Below are positions 19,923 to 30,878 of a stretch of 64,000 nt of DNA, piece after piece. Origin of the DNA: a bacterium (GTDB taxonomy: Bacteria > Margulisbacteria > Marinamargulisbacteria > GCA-2716485 > JAYNIM01); the NCBI GenBank assembly GCA_038109055.1, contig JAYNIM010000007.1, forward strand, positions 10,807 to 74,806. Reading direction: 5' to 3'. A program made the position numbers and the translations under genes. Numbering within the stretch: position 1 is the stretch's first letter; each line of letters starts with the position of its first letter. Below the pieces are notes generated by a model, which worked only from the letters and a program-made list of their open reading frames with translations, ran no database searches and was not told the DNA's origin.

Positions 19923-20978
19923 ATGCAAAAGAAAAATGAGCTAAAAAAAGAAAAATTTTATTTATCATCAACAACAAAAACACAGGTCATCTACCCCTCT
20001 AAAAAATTTTTTCACATCTGGCGTAATGGCCCCCGAAATAAAGAAAGCATTCCACTATTGGCCCAAGACATCCATACACTAGGAAATACCTTTTTAAAAT
20101 TCACACGCCAACCTCATAAACTACAAACGTTCACAAAGTCACATCCTCAAGATTTAGTCACCGAAATTGATCAAGGCATCGAAGCCTTATGGCGACATTG
20201 GATTACAACCTTTTTACCCAACGACCAAATAATTGGAGAAGAACAAAAAAACTCAACATTAAAAGAAAACAAAGGCACTTGGTATATTGATCCTATAGAC
20301 GGAACATCCAATTTCATCAAAAAAAACACCTTTTATGCAATTCAAATTGCCTACATTAAAAACAACGAACCCTTAATCGCCTATATAGGTAGCCCAATCA
20401 TTAAGTCTGACGAACGACTCATGTATAAAGGTAAAATAAGAAAAACATTACAAACAAAATTAAAAATACCCACCTCCATCAAAAAAAAATCTGACTATAC
20501 AACACTCTATGAGTCTATCCACAAAAAGAATCACAAAAACAACTTAATCATCGGTACCGAATACCTAGCTCATCGAAAAAAACAATCTCAATTATACAAA
20601 CAACTATTAAAAAACCATCACGCAACCCCCTTATGTATCAAAGTAATCAGTTTAAATATACTCTGCCTTTCGTTTAATCAAAGTCATTGCTTTTACAAAC
20701 CAAAAGCAAAACTTTGGGACATTATTCCGCCCGCTGCTTATATTTACCTTCAGAATAAAACGAAGTGGGATATTAGTATTGTGACACATAAAACCCCTAT
20801 AAAACCTCTATCACAAGCAAATCATACCTACCTGTCTCCTTTTCAAACAGATAAACAAACAATCACCCTTTTTAACAACGCCAAAAAAAATAATTATCGG
20901 ATAGACTTATTCATTATCACTTTAAAAAACGACCTTAGCTTAAAAAAAAATATCTTAAACATGTTTTTAGATGACTAA
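19923..20978 (+). CDS. Inositol monophosphatase family protein
   Basis: DLVTEID, IIGEE, WYIDPIDGTSNF, LWD. Confidence 0.85.
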   Translation: MQKKNELKKEKFYLSSTTKTQVIYPSKKFFHIWRNGPRNKESIPLLAQDIHTLGNTFLKFTRQPHKLQTFTKSHPQDLVTEIDQGIEALWRHWITTFLPNDQIIGEEQKNSTLKENKGTWYIDPIDGTSNFIKKNTFYAIQIAYIKNNEPLIAYIGSPIIKSDERLMYKGKIRKTLQTKLKIPTSIKKKSDYTTLYESIHKKNHKNNLIIGTEYLAHRKKQSQLYKQLLKNHHATPLCIKVISLNILCLSFNQSHCFYKPKAKLWDIIPPAAYIYLQNKTKWDISIVTHKTPIKPLSQANHTYLSPFQTDKQTITLFNNAKKNNYRIDLFIITLKNDLSLKKNILNMFLDD

Positions 20979-21873
20979 CAAACATCCCCACATCCCCATT
21001 CTATGCAACGAAATCTTTGATTATTTAGAGATAAAGAAAGGAGAGCATATCATCGACGCGACCATAGGCTTCGGAGGACACAGTGAACACGTCCTGAAGC
21101 ACTTAGATTCCACCGGACAACTCAGCGGTATCGACCAAGATCAAGAAGCACTTAAGTATGTAAAAGATCGTTTTAAACATCATACAAATATCACATTTTT
21201 CCACACTCGCTTTTCAAAAATCCGGACACTGATCAACGAAAAAAAACTCAAAAAAGCCGACAAAATAATCATAGATTTAGGATTATCTTCGTACCAACTT
21301 GACCAACAAAAACGAGGCTTTAGCTATCTACAAACCTCTCCCCTAGACATGAGAATGAATCAACAGGCACAAACAAGCGCCGCTAGCATCTTGGAAACAG
21401 AATCCTCCGACTACTTAACACGGATATTGACAGAATTTGGAGAAATAAAAAATCCCAGCAAATTAGTCGCTGCCATTATACAATTTCGCAAAAAAAACAC
21501 CTTTAAAAGCAATGAAGATTTAAAGAATCTTATCAAAAAAAGTTTCTTTTTTAACAATAACCGAAACATTTTTTTACGTCACTATGCACAAGTATTTCAA
21601 GCACTCCGTATTGCCGTAAATAACGAACTAGACGAACTAGACACCCTCCTCAACACACTGCCTAATCTCCTAAATAATCATGGCCGTATCGCCTTTTTAA
21701 GTTTTCATTCAATCGAAGACCGCAAAATAAAGCAGGCCTTAAAAAAACATCCCTCTTTTAAAATGTTACACAAACATGTGATTCGCGCCAAACAAGACGA
21801 AATCAAAGAAAATCGTCGCAGCAAACCCGCCAAACTACGTGTCTACGAATTTACAAACTCTGAAAACGAGTAG
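20971..21873 (+). CDS. rsmH: 16S rRNA m4C1402 methyltransferase
   Basis: HIPIL, DATIGFGGHS, DLGLSSYQLD, PLDMRM, FQALRIAVNNEL, SFHSIEDR. Confidence 0.96.
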   Translation: MTNKHPHIPILCNEIFDYLEIKKGEHIIDATIGFGGHSEHVLKHLDSTGQLSGIDQDQEALKYVKDRFKHHTNITFFHTRFSKIRTLINEKKLKKADKIIIDLGLSSYQLDQQKRGFSYLQTSPLDMRMNQQAQTSAASILETESSDYLTRILTEFGEIKNPSKLVAAIIQFRKKNTFKSNEDLKNLIKKSFFFNNNRNIFLRHYAQVFQALRIAVNNELDELDTLLNTLPNLLNNHGRIAFLSFHSIEDRKIKQALKKHPSFKMLHKHVIRAKQDEIKENRRSKPAKLRVYEFTNSENE

Positions 21874-22303
21874 GATCCTTTACCTGTGTTGTATCTACCA
21901 TAAACGTTCTAACTGTCTCTGATTGTTTCAAAAGAGTCATTTCCAAATAAAATTCTGGCCTAAAGTCACCTAAATTTTCCGACCATTCAATAAGCGAAAT
22001 ACCCTTAACGTCCTCTAAATAAGCAGAAACATTCATACTAAGTAAATCGTGTTGATTTGAAATACGATATAAATCCAAATGATAAAACGTAAACAACGAA
22101 CTATGGTATTGATTTACTAACGAAAAAGTGGGCGATGTAACATCATAAAAAGAAAAATGAGACATTAACGACCTAACAAACGCCGTTTTACCCATCCCCA
22201 TGCTCCCCTTTAATAAAACAATATCGCCAGAAGAAAGCTGTTTAGCAAGACGTTTAGAAAATGCATCTAACTGAGAAAAATCAACTTGAAATTCATAAAC
22301 CAT
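21851..22303 (-). CDS. tsaE: tRNA t6A biosynthesis ATPase TsaE
   Basis: LKGSMGMGKT, VTSPTFSL, HLDLYR, IEW. Confidence 0.93.
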   Translation of the reverse strand: MVYEFQVDFSQLDAFSKRLAKQLSSGDIVLLKGSMGMGKTAFVRSLMSHFSFYDVTSPTFSLVNQYHSSLFTFYHLDLYRISNQHDLLSMNVSAYLEDVKGISLIEWSENLGDFRPEFYLEMTLLKQSETVRTFMVDTTQVKDPTRFQSL

Positions 22304-22772
22304 GATTAACTACTTGCAAATCATTATACAAGGCCTCAATATTTTTTTCTAACAATGGATGGACAAAGTCTTTAGCGATTTCTACTAAGGGCTGTAAAAC
22401 AAACTCACGCTGATGTAACAAGGGATGTGGAACAATCAAATCTTCGTCACAAATAATATGATCTCCATAAAATAAAATATCAATATCAATACATCGCGGC
22501 TGTAACTCTGATTTATATTTTCGCCCCAATTGCTTTTCTATTTTCTGAGTCAACTGCAACAACTCACGTACACTTAACAAAGTCGTACACGACAACGCTG
22601 CGTTCAAAAAAGAAGGCTGTGGAACCCGACCCCAACTACTCGTTTCAATAAACGATGAACAATCATCAACTGAAATAAACTCATGTTCAGATAATAAGTC
22701 TATAGCACCTTGCAAAAAAAATTCACGAATCCCCACATTCGCCCCCAAACCCAAGAGAACATGCTGCATCAA
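22293..22772 (-). CDS. folK: HPPK
   Basis: LGLGANVG, FLNA, PRCIDIDIL, VPHP, REFVLQPL. Confidence 0.94.
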   Translation of the reverse strand: MMQHVLLGLGANVGIREFFLQGAIDLLSEHEFISVDDCSSFIETSSWGRVPQPSFLNAALSCTTLLSVRELLQLTQKIEKQLGRKYKSELQPRCIDIDILFYGDHIICDEDLIVPHPLLHQREFVLQPLVEIAKDFVHPLLEKNIEALYNDLQVVNHGL

Positions 22773-23566
22773 TCCACCTCCATGATAGCCTTAAAAACCA
22801 TAGCCGCTTGTTTGAATTCAGCAACATCATGCACACGAAAATAGGAAACCCCTTGCATCATAGCAAATAAATTAGCCGCAACAGACCCCCCTAAACGCGC
22901 ATCAACATCGGCCCCAGACAATTGCCCAATAAACGATTTTCGTGACACCCCCATCATAAGAGGGAAACCCAAATCAGCAAAAACATCACAATGCTTCAAT
23001 AAGGCTAAATTATGCGCCAATGTTTTACCAAACCCAATCCCTGGATCTAAAATCATGGACTGAATACCATGATGTTGAGCAAAGGCAATACGCTCTTTAA
23101 AAAAACGACTAATATCCTCTACAGGGTTATCATAATTAGGTGATTGCTGCATCGTCTTAGGCTCCGCATGCATGTGCATCAAAATCACAGGAACCTTCGC
23201 ATCAGCGACAACCTTAGCCATTTGTTGATCTCCTCGCAAAGCAGACACATCATTGATCACATCCACCCCATGATCAATCCCAAAGGCTGCTACATCAGCA
23301 GAACGTGTATCTAAAGACAATGAAACTGAAAAACGAGACTTAAAATCAGCGAGTACCGATCTCAAGCGCCGTATCTGTTCATCCGCCTCTACAGGATCAG
23401 AACCAGGACGTGTCGATTCTGCACCAATATCAATACCATTCGCACCTGCTTCAATCATCGCCTCAATATGTCCAAACGCCTTCTCTTCATTCAAAAAAAC
23501 ACCCCCATCTGAAAAAGAATCTGGTGTCAAATTTAAAATACCATAAATAAAAAAAGCTGGTTCCAT
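22769..23566 (-). CDS. folP: Dihydropteroate synthase
   Basis: GILNLTPDSFSDGG, DIGAESTRPG, DPGIGFGK, SRKSF, RVHDV. Start placed at ATG 23566. Confidence 0.96.
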   Translation of the reverse strand: MEPAFFIYGILNLTPDSFSDGGVFLNEEKAFGHIEAMIEAGANGIDIGAESTRPGSDPVEADEQIRRLRSVLADFKSRFSVSLSLDTRSADVAAFGIDHGVDVINDVSALRGDQQMAKVVADAKVPVILMHMHAEPKTMQQSPNYDNPVEDISRFFKERIAFAQHHGIQSMILDPGIGFGKTLAHNLALLKHCDVFADLGFPLMMGVSRKSFIGQLSGADVDARLGGSVAANLFAMMQGVSYFRVHDVAEFKQAAMVFKAIMEVD

Positions 23567-23679
23567 AAAAATCTCACTAATAAAACAAAATAATAGTAAC
23601 ATATTGGAAAAAAAAACCACAAACAACAAAAAACAAGAAATTAACAAAAAAAATATTTAACGATATACTTAGGGAGTAA

Positions 23680-25146
23680 ATGGCAAAAACAACATTCATA
23701 AAATTTGGAACATCAGGCTATCGTGGCATTATCAATCAAAGTTTTAGCAATATAGAAATTCACGCTATCGGCCTAGCCATTGCCACACTGCTTCATAAAA
23801 AATACACCCAGCCACACATCGCCATCGCCTACGACCCAAGAGAAGGCAATTGCCCACATCTCCAAGCATCAAGTTTTACCTATATATTAACTCAAACTTT
23901 AATAAATGCCGGCATCAGTATCACCTTTTTTACTGACTACGCCCCTACTCCATTCTTATCCTGGTATGTTCCCGCACACTCTTTACAAGGCGGCATCATC
24001 CTAACAGCCTCTCACAATCCCCCTGAATACAACGGCCTTAAGTTCAATCCTAAAAACGGAGCTCCAGCAGATCCCTCTACTACCCAAGAAATTGAATGTA
24101 ATCTAGCACAAAAAAACCTACAAACACATACAAAAAAAGGAACTTTATATAATACAACACCAAATTGGAAGATATTCTCAGAAACAATAAAAGAAAATTT
24201 AATCAAAATCGGACTTCAAATCCCAAAAAACATAAACCTCCATATAGCCGTCGATTGTAAACATGGCACTTCCGCAAAACTATGGGAAGCCGTCAAAGAA
24301 ACTTTTCATATTGACACCCTAACACTCCTGCATAAAGAACCGAAATCCGATTTTAATCACCTAGATACCAATCCATGTAACACAGAAGCCCTTACCCAGC
24401 TAAAATCCATTATCCAAACCAATAACATTCCACTAGGCATCGCCAACGATCCAGACGCAGATCGTCATATCATACTCGATGAAAAAGGCACCCCCCTCAC
24501 TCCGGAAGAAACAGGCCTCATCATTCTTGATTTTTTTCTAAGCGTAAACATCAACTGTCATGCCTTAATTTCCACTTTAGCGTCATCACGTATTCTAAAA
24601 ACAGCTGCTCAACAAAATAATCTTAACTATCATGAATGCAATATTGGTTTCAAATACATTGCTCAACATTTAGAAAGGTATAAACAAAAGAAAGAAATCG
24701 CTTTTGGCATCGAATCTTCAGGTGGATTTTCAAGCTCATTTCATACCTTAGAAAAATGTGGTTTTCTCCCCGGAATATTACTATCTTTAGCGTTACACCA
24801 TAGTAAAAAACCTCTTTCAAAACACAAAGAAGACATCCAAAAAAAATATGGTTTTTTTCATTTTAAAGAAAGCAGTTTCACCTTTAAAAAAGAAACAAAA
24901 ACACAGCTGCAAAAACAATTACATCTACAAACCAAAGAAACTCTACAAATGCACTACAACGAACTCATTCAAACGCTAAATACAGACGACGGCCTAAAAA
25001 TAAACTTTAACCAAACAAGCTGGGCATTACTTCGGTTTTCTGGAACAGAACCTGTACTTCGTATTTATACAGAAAGTACAAATAACCTACACAGCCAAAC
25101 ATTAAACCATAAAACCCACACATTGATAGACACCTTACTTACCTAG
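23680..25146 (+). CDS. Phosphoglucomutase/phosphomannomutase family protein
   Basis: FGTSGYRG, TASHNP, DPDADR, ESSGG, RFSGTEPVLRIY. Confidence 0.93.
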   Translation: MAKTTFIKFGTSGYRGIINQSFSNIEIHAIGLAIATLLHKKYTQPHIAIAYDPREGNCPHLQASSFTYILTQTLINAGISITFFTDYAPTPFLSWYVPAHSLQGGIILTASHNPPEYNGLKFNPKNGAPADPSTTQEIECNLAQKNLQTHTKKGTLYNTTPNWKIFSETIKENLIKIGLQIPKNINLHIAVDCKHGTSAKLWEAVKETFHIDTLTLLHKEPKSDFNHLDTNPCNTEALTQLKSIIQTNNIPLGIANDPDADRHIILDEKGTPLTPEETGLIILDFFLSVNINCHALISTLASSRILKTAAQQNNLNYHECNIGFKYIAQHLERYKQKKEIAFGIESSGGFSSSFHTLEKCGFLPGILLSLALHHSKKPLSKHKEDIQKKYGFFHFKESSFTFKKETKTQLQKQLHLQTKETLQMHYNELIQTLNTDDGLKINFNQTSWALLRFSGTEPVLRIYTESTNNLHSQTLNHKTHTLIDTLLT

Positions 25147-25159
25147 CAGAAAACAACGT

Positions 25160-26431
25160 TCAAGACACATCAAAACGTGACCGAAGCATGTGACAAAGCA
25201 AGTCACAATGCTTAAACAAATCAACTGAAGAAACAGCATTTTCCTTTGCTAAAGAATCAATCAAAGGTAACAAGTTTCCCCTCTCAAACTCATCTAAAAG
25301 AAAAAAACTAGAAAATCGATTTAAATCCGCCTGATAATACATTTCTAACAAGGGATAATTTTTAAAAACATCAGGAGAAGAAACAACTACTTTTTGCATC
25401 AATTGTTTATAGGTATAACGTTTTAGAAAAATTAAAAAACCTAATAGATAGTTGCGACATTGGCTTGCCAAATAATGAGGATGTGTCAAACGATGCTCCA
25501 AAAAGGACACATATCTGTTATAGTTTGTTGACTGTTTAAAATATTGCTCTATCACACTAAGAAAAATCTGCTTTTGCGATCTAAAATCTTCAAAAACACG
25601 ACTATACTCCTTAAAAAATACCGATACTGCATCCAATAACTTATCCGGTTCATAATAAAAGGCTTGTATAACACCAAGTTCACTCATACCCGCCTTTGTA
25701 TACGTCATGACCCACTTTTCATGATACTCTGAAAACAAATAACACAAATCTATGGGGACCAAAGATTCTGATTTAAAGACATAGTTTTCAAAATGACGAT
25801 CACCACGCCCAATACAATCGCCCAACGCAGCATGCCTAGCTAAACGTTCAACAAGCATAGTTGTCACAGAATTATAGGGCTGATACAACCATTTCTCCAA
25901 AGTAAAAGGTCCTGCATACTCTGATAATTCCCATGCCCCCCTATCATTTTTCAAATGATAACTTTCTAAGTATACCCAGCCCAACGCTTTAAGCAATCCT
26001 GTCATAAAACAATGAGTATGCATAGATTCCTGTTTTAATACAAAAGAGCCAGACAAAAAATGCATTAAATAAACAGAATGACCCGCTCCAATATCGTAGA
26101 CATCCTTCAGATCTGAAAAACACAAAGAACTAAGTGACTGATGATCAGAAAACAAGGCCCACAATGAAACATGTTGTAGTTTTTCCTTAATCAAGGACAA
26201 ACGTTGTAATTTAGACAAGGAATTAAAAAAAGACTGTCTCGCTTCCACTTGTTCCAATCCGTATAACACCCCTTCCCCTGGAGGACGATGCAAGGCCAAA
26301 GAAAAAACAGAGGGGTTTTTCAAATAGCTCAATAAATAATCATCAGAAAATGCAGACAATAACGATCTAAAGGTAAATTTACAGGCGAACTGTTTTTGAT
26401 AGGCAGTCACATAGGCAATAAAATCAATCAT
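25160..26431 (-). CDS. Hypothetical protein with PI3K/PI4K/HipA-like kinase motifs
   Basis: GAGHSVY...FVLK and IGRGDRHFENY...PIDL; ATG 26431 overlaps the nnrD stop. Confidence 0.6.
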   Translation of the reverse strand: MIDFIAYVTAYQKQFACKFTFRSLLSAFSDDYLLSYLKNPSVFSLALHRPPGEGVLYGLEQVEARQSFFNSLSKLQRLSLIKEKLQHVSLWALFSDHQSLSSLCFSDLKDVYDIGAGHSVYLMHFLSGSFVLKQESMHTHCFMTGLLKALGWVYLESYHLKNDRGAWELSEYAGPFTLEKWLYQPYNSVTTMLVERLARHAALGDCIGRGDRHFENYVFKSESLVPIDLCYLFSEYHEKWVMTYTKAGMSELGVIQAFYYEPDKLLDAVSVFFKEYSRVFEDFRSQKQIFLSVIEQYFKQSTNYNRYVSFLEHRLTHPHYLASQCRNYLLGFLIFLKRYTYKQLMQKVVVSSPDVFKNYPLLEMYYQADLNRFSSFFLLDEFERGNLLPLIDSLAKENAVSSVDLFKHCDLLCHMLRSRFDVS

Positions 26432-27309
26432 AAAGAACTCAGTTTCATCCATGCTTTTGGCAACATATCGCTAACATCAGACGCAATCAAACAAGGTCCT
26501 TTCTCCTCAGACACCAAATCTCCAGCCAAGCCATGAAGATACACACCTAAACATGCCGCTTCATAAAACAACATCCCTTGCGCAAGTAAAGCAAGAATAA
26601 TACCAGACAATACATCGCCTGTCCCAGCTGTAGCCAATGCCGGCCCCCCTGTCCTATTTTTCTGTGTACGTTTTCCATCAGAAACAACCGTATTAGCACC
26701 TTTTAAAACAAGTACTTGATCAACATCAGCAGCCCAAAATTGACATCGTTCTTGGCGAATATGCGAATCAAACACAATATCAGCTTCTTCTGAAAAAAGA
26801 CGACGAAACTCACCGACATGAGGCGTCAAAATAAAACGTTGTCCAAGAGCTTGTCTTAAAAGAACAATATCCAAACAATACAAGGCATCCGCATCTAATA
26901 ACGTACAAAAAGAAAACTCCTTCCAATACGAAGAAACAGCCGTTAACAAACCATAGGTATCTTCACTACGCCCCAAACCAGGCCCCATCCCAAAAGCGTC
27001 AAAACGATATTCCTGAATATAGTCTCGAATCATTGGGGCTGATTCAGGTAATAAAAAACCAGCATCTGATACCAACAAAGGTAATACAATCAGCTCTGGA
27101 CACTGCGCTTGTATCTCTGCCGAAACATCCGGCAATGTCATCAAATAAACCAATCCAGCACCTGCTCGTAATGCAGCTTTAGACGCTAAAATTGCTGCAC
27201 CTAACATAGATCTTGAACCAGCTACCAACCCCACCCGACCACAGTCTCCCTTGTGAGCATACAACGAACGTAGTGGCAATAATTGTTGATAATCTTTCTC
27301 TTTCATCAT
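26428..27309 (-). CDS. nnrD: ADP-dependent NAD(P)H-hydrate dehydratase
   Basis: HKGDCG, GAGLV, GPGLG, LDADAL, LTPHVGEF, LATAGTGDVLSG. Confidence 0.94.
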   Translation of the reverse strand: MMKEKDYQQLLPLRSLYAHKGDCGRVGLVAGSRSMLGAAILASKAALRAGAGLVYLMTLPDVSAEIQAQCPELIVLPLLVSDAGFLLPESAPMIRDYIQEYRFDAFGMGPGLGRSEDTYGLLTAVSSYWKEFSFCTLLDADALYCLDIVLLRQALGQRFILTPHVGEFRRLFSEEADIVFDSHIRQERCQFWAADVDQVLVLKGANTVVSDGKRTQKNRTGGPALATAGTGDVLSGIILALLAQGMLFYEAACLGVYLHGLAGDLVSEEKGPCLIASDVSDMLPKAWMKLSSL

Positions 27310-27478
27310 TTTGATTCCTGAGTCAGAATGATGTTACCATAATTTTATAATGTTCAAAACAAAAGCTTTGATTCTTCATTCAAGATCTCAATATCTTCTA
27401 GGCTAAATGACAGATAAAAAAAAATCACCTTAATCATCAATATTAAAATATAGGTGACATAAATAATCTTAATTAAAC

Positions 27479-27823
27479 ATGTTAAACAAGAAAAAAAAGC
27501 AAGGTATTCTCATAATCACAAGTATCTCCGATATCCATCAAGCAGAAACATTAGCAAAAAAATTACTTAAAAAAAAATTAGCAGCTTGTATACAACTGAT
27601 CCCCAAAATAGTAAGCCTATATCACTGGAAAAACAGCATACAAAAAGATCAAGAAAGTCTCCTACTCATAAAAAGTACAGAGGCAAACTTTAAAAAAATA
27701 GACACATTCATTAAAAAAGAACACCCCTACGAGCTGCCAGAAATCATAAGTATCCTGATTAATGAAGGAAACCAAGATTATCTAAACTGGCTATATCAAC
27801 ACTGTCTCATCCCTGAAAAGTAA
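27479..27823 (+). CDS. cutA: Divalent-cation tolerance protein CutA
   Basis: LAACIQ, SLYHW, HPYELPEI. Confidence 0.93.
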   Translation: MLNKKKKQGILIITSISDIHQAETLAKKLLKKKLAACIQLIPKIVSLYHWKNSIQKDQESLLLIKSTEANFKKIDTFIKKEHPYELPEIISILINEGNQDYLNWLYQHCLIPEK

Positions 27824-27834
27824 AAAATATACGC

Positions 27835-29286
27835 TTATTTTAGCTTATGCTTCTTAGTGTCCTTTTCTAAAGATCCAGATTGAACAGTGACTTTTTTGTC
27901 TTTTTTCTCCTCTAGCTGACGGATATATTTCTGAATTTGTTGCACTTCAGGCTGACGCTTTAATTGAGAAAATTTTTCCTTTAACGGCTCAAGCAAATCC
28001 AAGCGATACTCTGAAAAAGATAAGGCTTTTCTGTAATAATCCAAAGAAGAACGAGAATCTTTCATAATTTCAAAATATTGCCCCAATACAAAAAAAAGTT
28101 CTGGAAACTGAAAGCCTTTTAATAAACCAACTTTAACTTCTGCCTTCAAAAGTTCATCTTTAGCATTATCATAGTCCTGAATACCTAAATATAATTTACC
28201 CAAAAAATAATGCGGCATCGGATTTGAAACTTGCTGCGAACTCAACAAACGATACGCAGCAATAGCTGAGTCAAAATCCCGTCGTTTCTTAGCATCGATA
28301 GCCTGAAGAGTCATATCTTGAATTTGCAAAGGATTCTCTAATAAAAAAAACGATACATACTGAGAAAGCGCACGAGACTTTAATGCTGACGTTAATTGAT
28401 CTTTATAAGAAGATTCTTCATAGTCCTTAGGTGCTGGAATCCGTTTACTATCCAGACTCTGAACAATAAAATAAGCATCTCCATACGAAATAGGCTGCGA
28501 AACTTCATTCTTATCTAAAACATAGGCCACTTTTTGAACAGAAAAAGGCAATTCACCATAGCCAATCCAATTAGATTCAGAAGAAACCTTAACAAAAGCC
28601 TCTTCATCAGAGAAAAAAGAGTCTACCTCAGAGAACAACATCCCTGACTTCAAGCGATCAGACAAGTCTTGTATCTGTTTACTCACATCAGCTCCCTTTT
28701 TAGGGTTAACATATAAATAGCGCAATTTTAAAGACCTAAAGGATTGTTCTATATCTTGTTTATCCAAACTAACAGGAGCCTGCAAAAACATTGTAAACTT
28801 TCGAGCTAAAATAGTTCGTTTTAATTCTTTTTTAAAAGAAGAAAAAGAGCGCCCCTGTTCCTTAAGAAAAGATTTCAATGCTTTTTTATCCTTCAAATCA
28901 TAATACATAATTAATTCTTGAAACGCTTGTGCCCAATCTCGTTTCGTCACCTTTATTTTTTTAGAAACAGCGGCTTGATAAAAGACTTCATCCTGCAATA
29001 ATTTAATAAGCACCTGATACTGCAACAATTCAATCACATCAGGGGAAACCTTCAATTTTCCATCTACAACATACCCTCCCAACTGCTGAGACAAAAACTG
29101 ACGATACTGTTGTTCCGATACTGAATAATCACCAAAACGAGCCACCGCTTCAGAGCGAACATCAACGGACGAAGACTCGCCACCAGAAAATTTCGACAAA
29201 TACGCGCCTGCAAACAACGTTAAAACAAAGGCTATCACAATAACCCAAACAAATACTGCTGCCTTTTCACGAAAAAATCTTAACAT
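27835..29286 (-). CDS. Membrane-anchored PpiD/SurA-like chaperone with C-terminal TPR
   Basis: MLRFFREK plus TM helix (PpiD-like), SurA_N-like helices, degenerate parvulin (EVSQPI), then TPR helices. Confidence 0.7.
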   Translation of the reverse strand: MLRFFREKAAVFVWVIVIAFVLTLFAGAYLSKFSGGESSSVDVRSEAVARFGDYSVSEQQYRQFLSQQLGGYVVDGKLKVSPDVIELLQYQVLIKLLQDEVFYQAAVSKKIKVTKRDWAQAFQELIMYYDLKDKKALKSFLKEQGRSFSSFKKELKRTILARKFTMFLQAPVSLDKQDIEQSFRSLKLRYLYVNPKKGADVSKQIQDLSDRLKSGMLFSEVDSFFSDEEAFVKVSSESNWIGYGELPFSVQKVAYVLDKNEVSQPISYGDAYFIVQSLDSKRIPAPKDYEESSYKDQLTSALKSRALSQYVSFFLLENPLQIQDMTLQAIDAKKRRDFDSAIAAYRLLSSQQVSNPMPHYFLGKLYLGIQDYDNAKDELLKAEVKVGLLKGFQFPELFFVLGQYFEIMKDSRSSLDYYRKALSFSEYRLDLLEPLKEKFSQLKRQPEVQQIQKYIRQLEEKKDKKVTVQSGSLEKDTKKHKLK

Positions 29287-29295
29287 TTACACACC

Positions 29296-30189
29296 TCAAG
29301 AATTAATTTTTTTTGAATCTAATGTTTTAGAAATAGATAAATATGCCCCCAATAATCCCAAAAAAGAACCCGTAATCATCAATACAAGATACACTTGATA
29401 AAAGACATTTTTATCTACAAATAAAGGAAAATACGGAAAATTAGCTTGTACCTTTACAAGAAAAAAACCAAAGAAAATATTCAAAATTACTGAGGCGCTT
29501 AAGGCTCCCATAAATCCTAAGAATAGTCCCTCTAAAAGAAACGGCACCCGTATAAAGGAATCTCCCGCTCCAACTAATGCCATAATATCAATTTCATTTT
29601 CTCTAATCATAACCGTCAACCTAATAGTATTAACTACTATCATCAAGGTTGCTAAGGTTAACACACAAACCAAAAAAACCCCAATAACACGCACCAACAA
29701 AGAAAAATGCTCAATCTGCTTAGCCAATCCTCCCCCATAAACAATTTCATCAATAAAGGGTGAAATATCCTGTAATTCACGCGCAATCTTAAACAAATCT
29801 TGCTGCGGCTTAAGAAAAATCTGAAATGAATGTGACAATGGATTTTTTTGAACAAACGTTGCCAATGCCAACTGAGGATAACGCAATTGGAACTGCGCCC
29901 AAGCCTCCTTTTTATCTAAAAAAAACAATTCTTTAATACCAACATGAGAGTCTAGTAAAACTGACAACTGCTGAATTTGCTGCAATGAAAGATCTTTTTT
30001 TAAGAACAAACGCAACTCCAATTTAGAAACAATTTCATCAGACAAACGGTTTAAATTAACAGAAATCAACAAAAAAACACCCAAAACAACCAGGGATAAT
30101 GTAATCGTCACGACTGCAATACCCGCCATCAAAAAAGATCGTTTAATTCCTAAAAAAGCTTCCCCAATAAAAAAAAACAATTGCCTCAT
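29296..30189 (-). CDS. ftsX: Cell division permease FtsX
   Basis: IVVNTIRLTV..RENEIDIMALVGA...IRVPFLLEG; directly after ftsE. Confidence 0.93.
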   Translation of the reverse strand: MRQLFFFIGEAFLGIKRSFLMAGIAVVTITLSLVVLGVFLLISVNLNRLSDEIVSKLELRLFLKKDLSLQQIQQLSVLLDSHVGIKELFFLDKKEAWAQFQLRYPQLALATFVQKNPLSHSFQIFLKPQQDLFKIARELQDISPFIDEIVYGGGLAKQIEHFSLLVRVIGVFLVCVLTLATLMIVVNTIRLTVMIRENEIDIMALVGAGDSFIRVPFLLEGLFLGFMGALSASVILNIFFGFFLVKVQANFPYFPLFVDKNVFYQVYLVLMITGSFLGLLGAYLSISKTLDSKKINS

Positions 30190-30878
30190 ACAGAAAGAAC
30201 CTCAGCATAAGTACCAAATTGCTGATCACGAATAATAGTACCTTTATTCAAAACCACAACACGTTTTCGCATTTTATTAACAATCATTTGATCATGAGTG
30301 GCCACCAAAACAGTGGTATGACGAGCATTAATCTTACTTAATAGCTGTATGATTTCTTCTGAGGCATCTGGATCCAAATTGCCCGTTGGTTCATCTGCCA
30401 ATAAAATAGCCGGATTATTCACAATAGCTCTAGCAATACAAAGACGTTGTTGCTCACCTCCAGATAAATTACCTGATATATCATAAATCCTATGTTGTAA
30501 CCCCACTAAATCCAACACCTGTCGAACCTGACTTGAAATTTGTCTACGAGAAAAATTTAAAATACGCAAGGCATATGCAACATTTTCAAAAACGCTACGG
30601 TTTAATAATAATTTAAAATCTTGAAACACAAAACCAATATTTCGTCGAAGGTAGGGAATTTGATACGATTTCAAATGGTTCAGACAAACATTATCAATAT
30701 AAACATACCCAGAGGTAATAGACTCAAGCAGAAAAAAAATATTTAACAAAGAAGACTTACCCGAACCAGAAGGGCCAACCAAAAAAACAAATTCATTTTC
30801 TCCAATAAATAAATCTAACTCCTTAAATAATTCATATCCATTGGGATAAACTTTTGTTAATTTTTTAATTTGAATCAC
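30186..30878 (-). CDS. ftsE: Cell division ATP-binding protein FtsE
   Basis: GPSGSGKS, LRRNIGFVFQDFKLL, LSGGEQQR, ADEPTGNLD. Confidence 0.94.
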   Translation of the reverse strand: MIQIKKLTKVYPNGYELFKELDLFIGENEFVFLVGPSGSGKSSLLNIFFLLESITSGYVYIDNVCLNHLKSYQIPYLRRNIGFVFQDFKLLLNRSVFENVAYALRILNFSRRQISSQVRQVLDLVGLQHRIYDISGNLSGGEQQRLCIARAIVNNPAILLADEPTGNLDPDASEEIIQLLSKINARHTTVLVATHDQMIVNKMRKRVVVLNKGTIIRDQQFGTYAEVLSV

